A stretch of 64,000 bases of DNA from an uncultured Methanosarcinaceae archaeon (GCA_963733675.1 CAVTET010000007.1:32001-96000), one strand, 5' to 3'. Shown: positions 1-11,129, counted from the stretch's first letter. Translations and numbers: made by a program. The notes: generated by a model not told the origin, from the letters alone.

Positions 1-1120
1 TGTTGATAGTACATTTTTGAGTGTAATTATATCTGAAAAAAACATTTTTGAAGGTAATCGAATTTTGAAATAGAAAACTTCTCTTCAAAACATCATTCCT
101 ATGGACACTTAAATCGTTTTTTTCCTGTAGAAAATTATACACTATTTCAATTGCAGGAAGCTGCTGTACTATTGAACCATATTGTGCCTGGCAACCGTTT
201 AGGGCAGGTAATGTCCTATAAAGAGCAAGCAAAAGTGTTCCAAATATACCTATATACGGTAAAATACGACCATTAGTTGAATAATAAAGTCCTGCAGCAC
301 CAAGTGATATAATCATAAAGATCAGAAGATTATTTACTGCAGCTGAAAGCCGTTGAAGAAATATAGATACTGTATAATTTCTTTTAAGTTTATCTACTGC
401 ATTATTATAATTAATATTCCAGAAATCAATTGAATCGGTAATAAATATTGTTTTAATTCCTGAAATGAACTCATTATATAACACGGATTTTGCTCGTCCT
501 AAGTTGTTCAAAATCAATGAATGTTTATAAATTTTCGAAAAAATCGTTTTTTTCACGAAAAAAGTATAAATGGCTCCAAAAATCAACAGAATAGCACTTA
601 TCTTAAAAGATATAAGAAAAATAAAAGAAATGTAGAACAGACATAGCAGTATGTTCTGAAGAAACCCTATAATATTGAAAACAGCGAGTCCTGTTTGATC
701 CACTGCTTGTTGTCCAATATATAGAATATCGCCTTGCTTATTTCTGGCGAAATATTCATAAGGTTGATTTTTCAGGATCTCAAAAACCGAACGATCAGTT
801 GTGTCTCTTACAGTAGCAAATGTTTTGCTACCAAGATAAGCTACTCCCACCTCCACTCCTGCGCTAATTATACTCACAATAGCAAGCATGAAAGCCGATG
901 CGAGAAATAAATTGAGATTTCCAAAGTTAAATAACTGATAAATCTTCTCAATAAAATTAGAATTTTGATGTACATTGAGTCCATAGTTTATGATAGGATA
1001 GATCAGAAATACTCTAAAAACATCCAAAAAGCTGAAAACAATAAGACTTATGAGGTAGATGATTAACAGTTTTCTATGTGGTCTGAAAAGGAAATAAAGT
1101 GTTTGAAGCGAATTTGTCAT
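1..1120 (-). CDS. ABC transporter permease/ATP-binding fusion (MsbA-like), runs off the window's left edge
   Basis: Manual translation from ATG at 1120 (MTNSLQTLYFLFRPHRK...) stays open to position 1. It has several TM segments, 'EFISGIKTIF' typical of ABC_membrane, then 'ITFKNVFFRY' starting the NBD. Absent from the ORF track because its stop is outside the window. Confidence 0.85.
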   Translation of the reverse strand, partial: MTNSLQTLYFLFRPHRKLLIIYLISLIVFSFLDVFRVFLIYPIINYGLNVHQNSNFIEKIYQLFNFGNLNLFLASAFMLAIVSIISAGVEVGVAYLGSKTFATVRDTTDRSVFEILKNQPYEYFARNKQGDILYIGQQAVDQTGLAVFNIIGFLQNILLCLFYISFIFLISFKISAILLIFGAIYTFFVKKTIFSKIYKHSLILNNLGRAKSVLYNEFISGIKTIFITDSIDFWNINYNNAVDKLKRNYTVSIFLQRLSAAVNNLLIFMIISLGAAGLYYSTNGRILPYIGIFGTLLLALYRTLPALNGCQAQYGSIVQQLPAIEIVYNFLQEKNDLSVHRNDVLKRSFLFQNSITFKNVFFRYNYTQKCTIN

Positions 1121-1871
1121 ATTAATCATAGAAATGAATTCATATAAAATGATTCCACTAAATTTAAGTCGAAGTCACCAAATATTACCTTGTTTTTACG
1201 TTCAGCAAAAAATGCATTTTGCAATAACAACTCTCCTAAACAATGACTAAGTTTATTTTTATACAGCATGCTTAAGCATATGTCCTCTTGATTCTTATAA
1301 CCCCGAAAAATTGAAAAGGCTAAATTCGGACTAGGTTCCAAAACGAACATGAAATTCTTCTAGTGAGAGAAATATTCGAAGCCGTCTTAAAATTTAATTC
1401 AATTTTAATCATATTTTACAGAACTTTCAGTCCACTGCAATACGTGGTAGTGTCGCTAATTTGCTGTAAACTGGAAGCAAAATTTTTATATACTGTGTGC
1501 AATTTTATTCCTTCGATAAGGAATTTTTTACATAATAACTATTGAAAAATAGGATTGAATAGACTCATTTCATTTGCTTACGTAGAGTCCTTAAATATTA
1601 ATATATATATCCAACAATATAATTTTCCATGTCTTTACAAATTTATTGGCTAGATTTCTGTTACGAAAAATTAATTCGAGCATCTATATATATATATGAA
1701 TATAATACCGTATTGTAACACATTTGTGACTAAACATATCGATAGCTTAATACAAAAATAATAATAAGTATACTTGTTAGAATAAATTTCTTCGATCATT
1801 TATTAAAGAAAATATATCTGAATTTTTTAGAAGAAACTATAGGCAAAACATATCAAAAGGGGAGAAAATAC

Positions 1872-2117
1872 ATGATAAGTAAACATAAGTTGTATAAAAT
1901 AACCTTAGTTTCAATGGTTATGGTTTTAATGTTGGTAAGTACCGCAAGTGCAATGAAATCTGGAAATGTAATATTGACAACAGATAATGCAACTCAATCA
2001 GTGGATTTCTTAAAATTCCCAACCTGTGGATGTGGATTTCCAACCGATGAATGTTTCTGTGACCATAGTGACAGAACCGGTGAGGGTTCCTATGGACATA
2101 GTAACGGAAACTGTTGA
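1872..2117 (+). CDS. Small secreted Cys-rich protein
   Basis: GGGGAG RBS, signal peptide ending ASA, mature part with CGCG...CFC...C. Confidence 0.6.
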   Translation: MISKHKLYKITLVSMVMVLMLVSTASAMKSGNVILTTDNATQSVDFLKFPTCGCGFPTDECFCDHSDRTGEGSYGHSNGNC

Positions 2118-2549
2118 AGTAAAGTAACATTGAAAATCAATTCGGTAACTCAAACAATAGACTTGTTAAAATTTCCAGCTGGAAATGTACAATGATGGCA
2201 TATTCTATCAAACCTGCCATCACTATTTTTTACCAAAAAGTGGATAAACACTGATTGATATAGTAAATGCTATGATTAATGCTTTAAGTAACCAAATTTA
2301 GCAAGCAGAGGTTATTTGAATTAATTGAATATAGATAACAATTCCCAAGTAAGAATATAAAATCATTTTTTAGCTATTTTTTAACATGATTCATCACTTA
2401 ATCAAAGATGCATGGTGATTTTTTACAACATGTGTTATTGATTTTTCAAAAGTTTTTTAGAGAAAAAAATAGAGAGTAAAGTTTTTTTGGAACATTATCT
2501 ATATAGCCAAAAAATAGTTCCCTTAAGAAGTTGCCGATGTTCCTGAATC

Positions 2550-2942
2550 TCAAGGTGCCGATGAGCTTGGAGGAGCAGATGAATCTGGAGGTGCGGATGC
2601 TCCGGTAGCTGGGGATGTTCCTGAATCTTTTGATGGTGTTTCTGGAAATAGAGTTGCTCCTGCAAGATTTGGACTTGGATCTGGAGCTTTGGCTGGCTCG
2701 GCAGGTGCTGTAGTTTGAATGGTATATGGCATTCCAGATGTAAAATTGAATCCCGGGCAAAGCCAATTATTACCACCCACCCACCTACAACCAGGGCCAT
2801 AGCCCCAGCCCCAGCCATAGCCGCCCCAGCCACCACCGCCACCATGTGCACTAGCTGCCACAGCTGTCACAGACGCTATAAAAAGGACTGAAAGCAAAAT
2901 AGCAAGTACCTTTTTCATTCTACTAAACTTTTGTTTCAACAT
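2550..2942 (-). CDS. Secreted Gly/Trp-rich peptide with Pro/Ser tail (MLKQ..MKKVL signal family)
   Basis: GGAGTG RBS; signal peptide ending AASA shared with 3681-3992, 40154-40432, 58255-58539, 58770-58991. Confidence 0.75.
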   Translation of the reverse strand: MLKQKFSRMKKVLAILLSVLFIASVTAVAASAHGGGGGWGGYGWGWGYGPGCRWVGGNNWLCPGFNFTSGMPYTIQTTAPAEPAKAPDPSPNLAGATLFPETPSKDSGTSPATGASAPPDSSAPPSSSAP

Positions 2943-3680
2943 TCAATTCACTCCTTTTTTATCAGGTTTGATACAATCTTAATCCGGCTATAAAACAATT
3001 CGTTGAGATCGAAGGTTTTTCTAAATTCCCATTTGGGTGTATGACAAACTTATATTTAATATTTTTCTTTTATTTAATTGCATTTTATGATATCAAAGTC
3101 AAAATTTGTGTTATTTGCGATAGATAAAAGAAATTATATATGTTACTGATTGAACAATCACTCGGCCAAATCAATAAGAATTAAAAATCCAAAGAGTTTG
3201 GTATTTTACAGATGAGAGCCAGAAAAGATCCCGGAAAATATTGAAATTTATCGATATCCATATTTTTTTACTTGGCTTCCGAAATATTTACGATTATAAG
3301 CCCGTAAAGGTTTGTTAATATACACTTATGTGTTGTCCCATTCATCACAAGGATGTAGTGTACTAAAAATTCTGTAGAAATGACTTTTCCATCCTTTTTT
3401 TTCATTAAAAAACAAGATTTCTCGGTTTCACTGAAGAATAGATTTTCTGACAAAAAGATTTATTCACGAAAGCTGGATTTATTCGGAATTTTATGGTCAT
3501 AAAAAGAAATCAATTTAGTTCTAAAAAAGAAACAAATTAAAGGTCTCATACGTACTTTTACGACCAATTGCTAGTGGACTTTTTTAAGTCATTTTGCGAA
3601 GAATTATAAAAGCGGCCAGACCTTGTTTACAGTTTAGATATAATTTTATTTCTTTAAGTTGTTGTGATCATTTTTTGGGA

Positions 3681-3992
3681 CTAAGACTGGACTGTGGGAG
3701 TAAAGTGATCTGAGATTGTGCCGGCTGGTATTTCACCCAAGTAGGGGAAGCTGGTTGCTGGAGAAGGACAAGACACAACCCAGGATCCTGTGCCATTAAA
3801 AACATACTGACAAGGGCCTGACCAGTTCCATCCCCCGCCAAGGCTGTCACCCCAGCTTCCTCCTCCGCCCCAAGGTCCACCACGGTACCAACCAGGACGT
3901 GCACTAGCTGACATAGCTGTAAACGATACTATAAAAAGGACTGCAAAAGAAATGGACAGTACCTTTTTCATTTTACTGGATGATTGTTTCAA
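3681..3992 (-). CDS. Secreted Gly/Trp-rich peptide (same signal family)
   Basis: GGAG RBS; signal ending SASA; GGPWGGGGSWG; CQYVFNGTGSWVVSC hairpin motif. Confidence 0.7.
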   Translation of the reverse strand: MKQSSSKMKKVLSISFAVLFIVSFTAMSASARPGWYRGGPWGGGGSWGDSLGGGWNWSGPCQYVFNGTGSWVVSCPSPATSFPYLGEIPAGTISDHFTPTVQS

Positions 3993-4411
3993 TATTTTAT
4001 TACGCTCCTTTCATATTGTTCAACTTAGCACTAAATGCAGATAACACTTTTAGATATATAAATATATATGTATAATTTCTAGTTTATTGTGGATAAGCTT
4101 TTTGTGATATTTTGGTGGCGTTTACACAGGTACATTTTGTGGGTCATCAATACGGATATCTAAAATATACAGAGCTTTCATTGCAAAATCTATGCATCGA
4201 TGAAAATAATGGAAAAATTCTGTTTTGTCTGATGCGATAAAATTATACATAGTCAATCCGAATTTAGAGATCTTTAAGAATATAAAACATCAGACACCTA
4301 ATTGGAGAAAATGACGAGTAGATATAATAGATATTATGCATATTCTCGTTAGCTATAAATTCACTGTTCTACCATTATTAGTGTGGAGATGCTTGGAGGA
4401 CTTAATAGACA

Positions 4412-4720
4412 ATGCCTTCTCAAGAGCTAAAAAATTCGGAATTTTTTATTGAGATATTAAGACAACATCTACCCAAGTTAAGAGAAAAATATAGTGTAAG
4501 CTATCTTGGAATTTTTGGGTCTTACATTCGTGGAGAGCAGACCAAAGATAGTGACCTTGATGTACTAATACAATTTGATAAGAAGCCAGGACTTTTGAAA
4601 TACATTGAATTGGAAAACTATCTCAGCGACCTTTTAGGAGTAAAGGTTGACCTAGTAATGAAAAGTGCACTTAAACCCAATATTGGGAAGCAAATTTTGA
4701 ATGAGGTAAAAGCTCTATGA
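4412..4720 (+). CDS. Minimal nucleotidyltransferase (MNT antitoxin)
   Basis: FGSYIRGEQTKDSDLDVL (GS...DxD) motif, 102 aa. Confidence 0.9.
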   Translation: MPSQELKNSEFFIEILRQHLPKLREKYSVSYLGIFGSYIRGEQTKDSDLDVLIQFDKKPGLLKYIELENYLSDLLGVKVDLVMKSALKPNIGKQILNEVKAL

Positions 4721-4812
4721 AAATAGAGAAAAGAAATCCTGTAGATTTTTTGATGGATATTTTTGATGGATATACTAGACTCGATTGAAAAAATAGAAAA
4801 TTTTGTTGAAGG
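4717..4812 (+). pseudogene. HEPN/DUF86 toxin 5' fragment, frameshifted and truncated by the left TIR
   Basis: ATG overlaps the MNT stop; 'DILDSIEKIENFVEG' reads in a shifted frame after a duplicated GATGGATAT; similarity ends at 4813. Confidence 0.7.
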
Positions 4813-5120
4813 GCTTCAAAGTGCAGTTTTATTGACTCCAGTAGGTCAGTCCATGACTCTTTTACTTGTCTGTTAGCTTTTGTTAAAGTGTGCCGATTTT
4901 TCTGTAAAATCAAAATACCTAAAAGTCATTGGGTAAAAAAGTTTATGCCCGAAGAACAAAATTTAAAACCATAAACAGAAATCCAACTTTGAATTTACAG
5001 TAAATCCACGACACTATCAATTTTTGCCTATGTGCCTGTAAACTCAATTATTCCATAGTTTATAGGAATATTCAAGATTCTACCGATTTATACCCTACTA
5101 AATGCAAAAAAATAGTGAGA
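4813..5120 (+). repeat. Left ~310 bp inverted repeat
   Basis: GCTTCAAAGTGCAGTTTTATTGACTCCA...AATGCAAAAAAATAGT aligns along its length with the reverse complement of 16505-16813. Confidence 0.9.
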
Positions 5121-5386
5121 ACCACATCTATACTAAAGAATCATAATCCTTGGATTAATTTTACGGCTATATGTTATATTTTGTAGTTAATATGTGTGGA
5201 TTTCACCAGGAAACTTTTATAATAAATTATAGATTGATCCTCAGATCCTCTGTTTAATATTTAGGATATGGTTAGACTAATTATATTATGGATATTTTTA
5301 TATAATGAAGACGTGCTATGAGATATAAACTTAACAAATGTGTTCACTAATGGTAGATTATTTTCATAAACACAATTAATATATTC

Positions 5387-6595
5387 TCAAAACATACAAT
5401 CCATCTGCTTAATCAATGTGTATAAGTGATAATTATTTTGTTGTATAACAATTGGTTTATTTTGACATGTTGCACTTAACTCAGCCGCTCTCATTTTGTT
5501 GTTATACACAAAATCTCTTTCTTTATCCACTATATTTTTTTCTTTAGATACGACATCTTTTTCTTGGGGAGAAACAGTACCGTTTAGAATATCTTGATAA
5601 AAACAATGTTCGAGAATCATATATGGACTCCATTTGCGAGCCATACGTTGATACAATTTCAGTCCTAAGAAATAACAACACATGTCTTCTATATTTTCTT
5701 TCATGAGTCTTTTAAATATTTCATCGGATATTGCATTTAACAATTTTTCCGATATTTTTAGGAATTCTGTTGGCACTGCTGCCAATGTTTTCTGAAATAT
5801 TTCAGACGCAATTTTCAGGGATATTTCCCTTATAATCCTTTGTTCCAATTCTTCAGCAGAAACATCTTCCCAAGACATTATTGATATTTCTTCCAATAAT
5901 TTCCGGAATCTGTTTTCTGAAACTTCAACGTTAGAAGAGTATTTTTGAGAATTTGGATCAAAATATAATTTTGATGAATCGTTTGTATATTTATTGTTAC
6001 CAATCGGTTGAATATTGTAGTTCATTGAAATCCTTTTCATAAATTCAGTATAAAGATTTTTAACAAACTCTTTAACCTCTTGTGCCATCTCAAAGCCTTC
6101 ACGATGCTGGTAAATCTCTTCAGCTTTGGCATATAAAGCTCCAATATCAGTTTCGGTTTTCATGCATACATCAAAAAATGAAGTAGAGCTAGATAATTGC
6201 TTGATCAGGGTGCTTTTATTGTCTGGACTTACGTCAAAAAAGAGCTCTTTAATTATTATATTTACTGATTTTTTATATGTTTGCAACTCAATTTCCCTAA
6301 ACTGTTGTTTGATATTTTTTAAGTGTTTTAGTGACTTAATATCCCAATGATTTTTAAAACCACGTTTACTAGAAAATTTTTTAATACAATTCTCATCAAG
6401 TAAAAAGCTTAGATGTTCATCTATACTAGTTCTATCATGTAATCCATGTTTATTTTTCAAAAATGCTCTGATATTTGGCGTAGAAACTTTTGATGAGTTA
6501 TTTAAAATGTATTCCACTATATCTGTTTCAACTTCGCCTTCTTTCAAGCGTTTCCCTACACCCCTAATGTCTGTCTTTTTTATAGATTCTCTCAT
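5387..6595 (-). CDS. Hypothetical protein with N-terminal winged-helix; candidate element repressor
   Basis: 402 aa ORF; wHTH-like N-terminus (IVEYILNN...SIDEHLSFLLDENCIKK...W); divergent from the AbrB-like gene. Confidence 0.6.
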   Translation of the reverse strand: MRESIKKTDIRGVGKRLKEGEVETDIVEYILNNSSKVSTPNIRAFLKNKHGLHDRTSIDEHLSFLLDENCIKKFSSKRGFKNHWDIKSLKHLKNIKQQFREIELQTYKKSVNIIIKELFFDVSPDNKSTLIKQLSSSTSFFDVCMKTETDIGALYAKAEEIYQHREGFEMAQEVKEFVKNLYTEFMKRISMNYNIQPIGNNKYTNDSSKLYFDPNSQKYSSNVEVSENRFRKLLEEISIMSWEDVSAEELEQRIIREISLKIASEIFQKTLAAVPTEFLKISEKLLNAISDEIFKRLMKENIEDMCCYFLGLKLYQRMARKWSPYMILEHCFYQDILNGTVSPQEKDVVSKEKNIVDKERDFVYNNKMRAAELSATCQNKPIVIQQNNYHLYTLIKQMDCMF

Positions 6596-6803
6596 CGTTT
6601 ATGACATATGCTATAAGGTATTTTAAACTTATTATTTGTTATAAATGTGTATAAATATGGTGTTAATAGAAATCATTTTTTAGAAAAATAATAAGATAAG
6701 TATAGGGTCTTTTTCAGAATAAAATCTGTTACTTCTATATAAACCCAGTCGCGCATGATATGTAGGTAGCATAGTCCATTATCGAAATTCAGGGTTAATT
6801 CTA

Positions 6804-6989
6804 GTGAGAATGATCAAAATGATTTCAAATCACAACCAAAGAAAAATCCAAAAGGTCCGTTATACGTACCTGTTACCGATTCCAATAAACCATGTGAGAA
6901 ACATGAAGATTAGAAAAGGAGACACACTAAATGTCGAACTTCAAGCAGATAATAGCCTTAGGATCACACAGGGCCGGAGGCTAGATTGA
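6804..6989 (+). CDS. AbrB/MazE-like small DNA-binding protein
   Basis: RKIQKV..TYLLPIP..HVRNMKIRKGDTLNVEL pattern of swapped-hairpin regulators. Confidence 0.75.
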   Translation: MRMIKMISNHNQRKIQKVRYTYLLPIPINHVRNMKIRKGDTLNVELQADNSLRITQGRRLD

Positions 6990-7619
6990 ATGCCACTTGA
7001 AACCGAAGAATTAACACCGGATAGAAAATTGTTCAATGTTATTGAGAAAGTTGTGATTGTAAAGGGTACGATCCCAAGCGATCCTACAATATGGGAATTT
7101 TACATACAGAATAAAGTTTTGAGAATAGATGCTACCAAATTGGAAAACATGACACAATTTAGGAAGGAGTATCTAAAAGTCTTTGACCATCCTGCTCCCA
7201 AAGTTACACCGGCCAGGTGGATTGCTGTCCTTGAAGCGTTGGCAGATGAAAAAGCAACCCATATACAAGCTCCGGAAGAATCGAGTCATGTATTTATAGC
7301 TAACAGTATTTTTGAAATTGTATGCGATCGTGAAGTCTCAGATGACCCAGATGAAGCATTTTCCGGGTTTGCTCTATATGAACATTTTTTCCAAGATGAT
7401 GAAAAGCCCTATTGTTGTGTGCCTTCAAAAGTTTTATTGTCGCTGGTTGATGGTTCAGGATTTAAAATTCCCCTGAATGATTTGTCTTCAACAATGACAG
7501 AGCTTGGAATGAAAAAAGAAGGGACACCACGCATTAGTTATTGTAATAAACAATTAAGATCCTGGTGTTTTTTTAAAGATGCTGTATTGAGAGAAAAGGG
7601 AGAAAAATTGGATGACTAA
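6990..7619 (+). CDS. Hypothetical replication-module protein
   Basis: 209 aa ORF starting immediately after the AbrB stop, upstream of the iterons and helicase. Confidence 0.7.
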   Translation: MPLETEELTPDRKLFNVIEKVVIVKGTIPSDPTIWEFYIQNKVLRIDATKLENMTQFRKEYLKVFDHPAPKVTPARWIAVLEALADEKATHIQAPEESSHVFIANSIFEIVCDREVSDDPDEAFSGFALYEHFFQDDEKPYCCVPSKVLLSLVDGSGFKIPLNDLSSTMTELGMKKEGTPRISYCNKQLRSWCFFKDAVLREKGEKLDD

Positions 7620-7620
7620 A

Positions 7621-7830
7621 GTAGACACCGAGACTCCTATATTGTATATTTCTCATGAGAAATGCAAAAAATGGTGTCTAGGTGTCTTGTTTATATATAC
7701 AGTTATTGTTTTTGGCAAGACACCACTAGACACCACAATTTATAGCAATGTCTCTCAATATGGATTAAGCAAGACACCACTAGACACCAATACATGGTTT
7801 TCTTACGATTTGATCAAAGGTGGTGTCTAT
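7621..7830. repeat. AGACACC iteron cluster, candidate element origin
   Basis: Eight AGACACC/GGTGTCT copies; 21-bp direct repeat GCAAGACACCACTAGACACCA at 7715 and 7769. Confidence 0.7.
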
Positions 7831-9388
7831 TCTGACTGAAAAAATTAAAATATTTGGTGGTCCAGGGTGTGGTAAAACATCAATTATCAAGGATTTCTAT
7901 CAAAGGTATTTGTTCGATGGATACAAGCCAACTGAGATTACAGTGTTAACCTTCAGAAAAACTGCAGCAGCTGACTTAATCAGTGCCACGATTTCATATG
8001 CTAGAGTGGAAGAAAATGAATTAAAGAAGCATGTTGGAACTATCCATTCAATATGCTATCGATTAATAGGGCATTCTAAACTGATGGAACATTATGATTA
8101 TGCAGCTTTTGTGAAGAGACACAATTACGGAAAATATCTAAAGAACGGCAGTTTCAAAACTAAAATTGATGATATGGAAGAGTCGGTATACTCAGGTGAT
8201 TTGTTTGACCTTTATTCCTGGCTTCACAATACATGTACACCTGTCAACGAATGGAAGAAGTATCCAGGTGTAAATAATATAAAATGTATAAATATAGTTC
8301 CTGAATTTCTAAAAAATTACGGAGAATATAAAAAACAAATCGGTAAAATTGACTTTTCAGATATGCTGCAAATCGTGATTGATAAGCATATACTTCTCGA
8401 TACTCCAATTTTAATGGTGGATGAATTTCAGGATTTTACAGCTCAAATGTATAAGGTATTTGAAATGTGGGTACCAGATTGCGAATCTGTTTTGATTGCA
8501 GCTGATCCAAATCAATCAATCTATGAGTTTTTTGGTGGTTGCCCTGATTATTATTACCATTTTGAAGCAACTGAAATTGTAAGACATGAAACTTTCAGGC
8601 TATCTGAACAGATTAATAATTTTTCTCGTAAGATACTAAACAGTAATGGGATGTCCGCTCCCGAAACTAAGGCAAAAAAAGTGGCTTCCAGAACCATACA
8701 TCGTGTGAGATATGATTGTAAACTTCCTTTCTATGAAAATGAGTTGCACTTGGTACGGTGTAATTATCAGGCTCATGCAGTTGCATTAAGTCTTGCAAAA
8801 GAAGGTAGAGTATTTGGCGGGTTGTGTGGATGGACAGAAGATGAAGTTAATGCAGCAAACGCTATAATTTCAATACGTCAAAATAAAGCAATTTCTTTCG
8901 ATCAGATTAGAGAACTAATTAATTTATTTTCTGCAAAAATGCTATGTATAAGATGTACTAAAGAAGATTTTGTTAGCAGTCTTGAACAAAAATATGCTCC
9001 CCAATTGCATACCGGAACTGGGGTGCTCAACTGTAACATATTGGATATTCTTAACTCAACTGATCCTACAAAAGGAATGACCAGAAACAGCAAGTTGTTC
9101 AGAGTTAAGATAAATGGTATCAAAAACCGATTCAATTTGATAACTCTGCAAGAAGTAAAAAATCGGAATATATTAACAATTCATGGAGCTAAAGGACTGG
9201 AAGCCGAAGCTGTTTTTTTGCATACTGCAATAACTCCAAGAATTCAAAAGGCACTATTGCTACCTGGAAAAGAATCACAAGCGGAAACGAGGGTTTGGTA
9301 TGTTGGAGTTACTAGAGCTAAGAATGTGTTGTATCTAGTTATGGATGCAGGTAAAAATTATACCCTTCCTGGAGTTCCTTCATGCTAA
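7820..9388 (+). CDS. UvrD/Rep superfamily 1 DNA helicase
   Basis: GGPGCGKT Walker A, TFRKTAA, GTIHS, VDEFQD, ADPNQSIY, TIHGAKGLEA, YVGVTRAK. Confidence 0.92.
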   Translation: MVSILTEKIKIFGGPGCGKTSIIKDFYQRYLFDGYKPTEITVLTFRKTAAADLISATISYARVEENELKKHVGTIHSICYRLIGHSKLMEHYDYAAFVKRHNYGKYLKNGSFKTKIDDMEESVYSGDLFDLYSWLHNTCTPVNEWKKYPGVNNIKCINIVPEFLKNYGEYKKQIGKIDFSDMLQIVIDKHILLDTPILMVDEFQDFTAQMYKVFEMWVPDCESVLIAADPNQSIYEFFGGCPDYYYHFEATEIVRHETFRLSEQINNFSRKILNSNGMSAPETKAKKVASRTIHRVRYDCKLPFYENELHLVRCNYQAHAVALSLAKEGRVFGGLCGWTEDEVNAANAIISIRQNKAISFDQIRELINLFSAKMLCIRCTKEDFVSSLEQKYAPQLHTGTGVLNCNILDILNSTDPTKGMTRNSKLFRVKINGIKNRFNLITLQEVKNRNILTIHGAKGLEAEAVFLHTAITPRIQKALLLPGKESQAETRVWYVGVTRAKNVLYLVMDAGKNYTLPGVPSC

Positions 9389-10704
9389 CGAGACAGCAGA
9401 TTAAGGAACATTACAGCACAGCAGAAATAAGAGAGAATATTATTCGAGTTTCTGCAGACTGTGGCAGTTTTAGAGCAGGCAATGGTAATCGCTGCAAGTG
9501 GTATAAATATCAATATGGGAAAAAAGTAAAATGGTGCCTTGCTAACAATGCAGACTATATCAAAATGGCGCTCCGTTTTAGGACATTCTATTGGACTCTT
9601 AATGTTTTTGATTCTGAAATATTCGGTATTGATTACAATACAGTAAAGACGGAAGACAGTCCTGCAATAAGTCGTAAATATACTGTAGGTTACACTTTTG
9701 GAGTAGATATTGATAAGAAACCTGGAACTGACATCCATGATCTGGAAGTAAAAAAGGTAGTAGAAGATATGGCGCAGTATTTTTCAGATAAATTAAGAGA
9801 ATATGTTCCAAATTCGGTTTACTGCTTATATTCAGGTGGTGGAATTTACGTTATGGTACATCACAAGGTATTTGATCAATTCTGCGACCGATTTAAAAAC
9901 GATCCTAAAGAACCATGGGATAAAATGGCTAAGGTACTTGGAGATGCGTTAGACTATCTAATAGGACATCTAAATGATGAGTTCTTCGAGCTTCATCCAG
10001 AACATATCGGAAAAGTGAAAGCGGATCAACTTAATAACTCTCAGAGAATATTTAAAACACTTTTCAGTATTCATAATAAGCTTGATTATGCTGTTGTTCC
10101 CCTAGATCCTAAAAACATAGAGATTAACTTTGAGAATGCTTCAATTCCTTTGAAACCTGAAATAATCAAATTGGGAGATAATTGGTATACAAAATATGAC
10201 GATGGTGGATATCTTTTAACTAGTTTACTACAACCATTTTTTGTGCAATCATACAATAACATCAATAAAACATATCTTGAAGAAGGACAGCACGAATTTT
10301 ACTGTTCACCAATCCCAATAGAAGATATTGAGAAATGGCCCCCATGTATGCGAAATTTATACAATCTTGCGTGGTGTGGTGATGGGCAGACTAGAGCACT
10401 TGCAGCTTTTGCTTCATTTTTAGGGCAAATAGGGATTGAAGAGAATCAAGCATATATGATGTTTAATGAACTTGCAAATAGATGGGGAGCAAGAACAGAA
10501 AATATTTTTTTAAATTATTTTAGGAAAATGAAAGTGCCAACCTGCAAGCGTTTAATTTCAGATGATAATAGGGGTTTTCCTAAAGGCGTATCGATAAAAA
10601 TGCTTGGAGTTTGTAAGCCTGATATACAATGTATGAATGTGCCTTCTCCTTATTATTACACCGACAAAGAAGGAAACAGAAACAGATTGCTCACTCACTA
10701 CTAG
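9382..10704 (+). CDS. Archaeo-eukaryotic primase-like protein with C-terminal PriL-type Fe-S domain
   Basis: GVDID (DxD) and YSGGGIYV AEP-like motifs; C-terminal WPPCM...PTC...C...C resembling PriL-CTD; overlaps the helicase stop. Confidence 0.7.
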   Translation: MLTRQQIKEHYSTAEIRENIIRVSADCGSFRAGNGNRCKWYKYQYGKKVKWCLANNADYIKMALRFRTFYWTLNVFDSEIFGIDYNTVKTEDSPAISRKYTVGYTFGVDIDKKPGTDIHDLEVKKVVEDMAQYFSDKLREYVPNSVYCLYSGGGIYVMVHHKVFDQFCDRFKNDPKEPWDKMAKVLGDALDYLIGHLNDEFFELHPEHIGKVKADQLNNSQRIFKTLFSIHNKLDYAVVPLDPKNIEINFENASIPLKPEIIKLGDNWYTKYDDGGYLLTSLLQPFFVQSYNNINKTYLEEGQHEFYCSPIPIEDIEKWPPCMRNLYNLAWCGDGQTRALAAFASFLGQIGIEENQAYMMFNELANRWGARTENIFLNYFRKMKVPTCKRLISDDNRGFPKGVSIKMLGVCKPDIQCMNVPSPYYYTDKEGNRNRLLTHY

Positions 10705-10905
10705 AAAAACCAATACCAGAAAAAGAGCGATAAAGGGGAAAGCAGAACATAAGTGGATCTTTTAATTTTGTAAAGAGACTATAAAAATGACAAAATGTTA
10801 TCTATTACCATTACCATCATCAACTAATAATAAACTATAAATATTAATAAATCGTATATAATAGCGTAGTTTCTTGAAAATTTACGGCTGGATAGACTGG
10901 GTAAT

Positions 10906-11129
10906 GTGAAAGGTGGTAAAACAAGATTTCAACAGAAATTTACGGAAGATATGTTCCTAAATGCTCTATCATTGACAGTATTAAGTCCACTACAACTATT
11001 ATGAATTTAGTAGGATGCAGCAGATCCGCTGCTAAAACCATGCTTTATAAGCTCGTAAATGAAGGTAAAGTAAATAAAATAGAGATTGAAGGTGAAGGTT
11101 ATGGTTGGCAGAAAGTGAAAGGTGATTAA
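10906..11129 (+). pseudogene. Small winged-HTH protein, frameshifted
   Basis: Shifted frame reads STTTIMNLVGCSRSAAKTMLYKLVNEGKVNKIEIEGEGYGW. Confidence 0.55.

Noticed and set aside
7612-7839. 75-aa ORF as a real gene
   Set aside because: It coincides with the iteron cluster and its repeated peptide derives from the DNA repeats; not excluded but unsupported.
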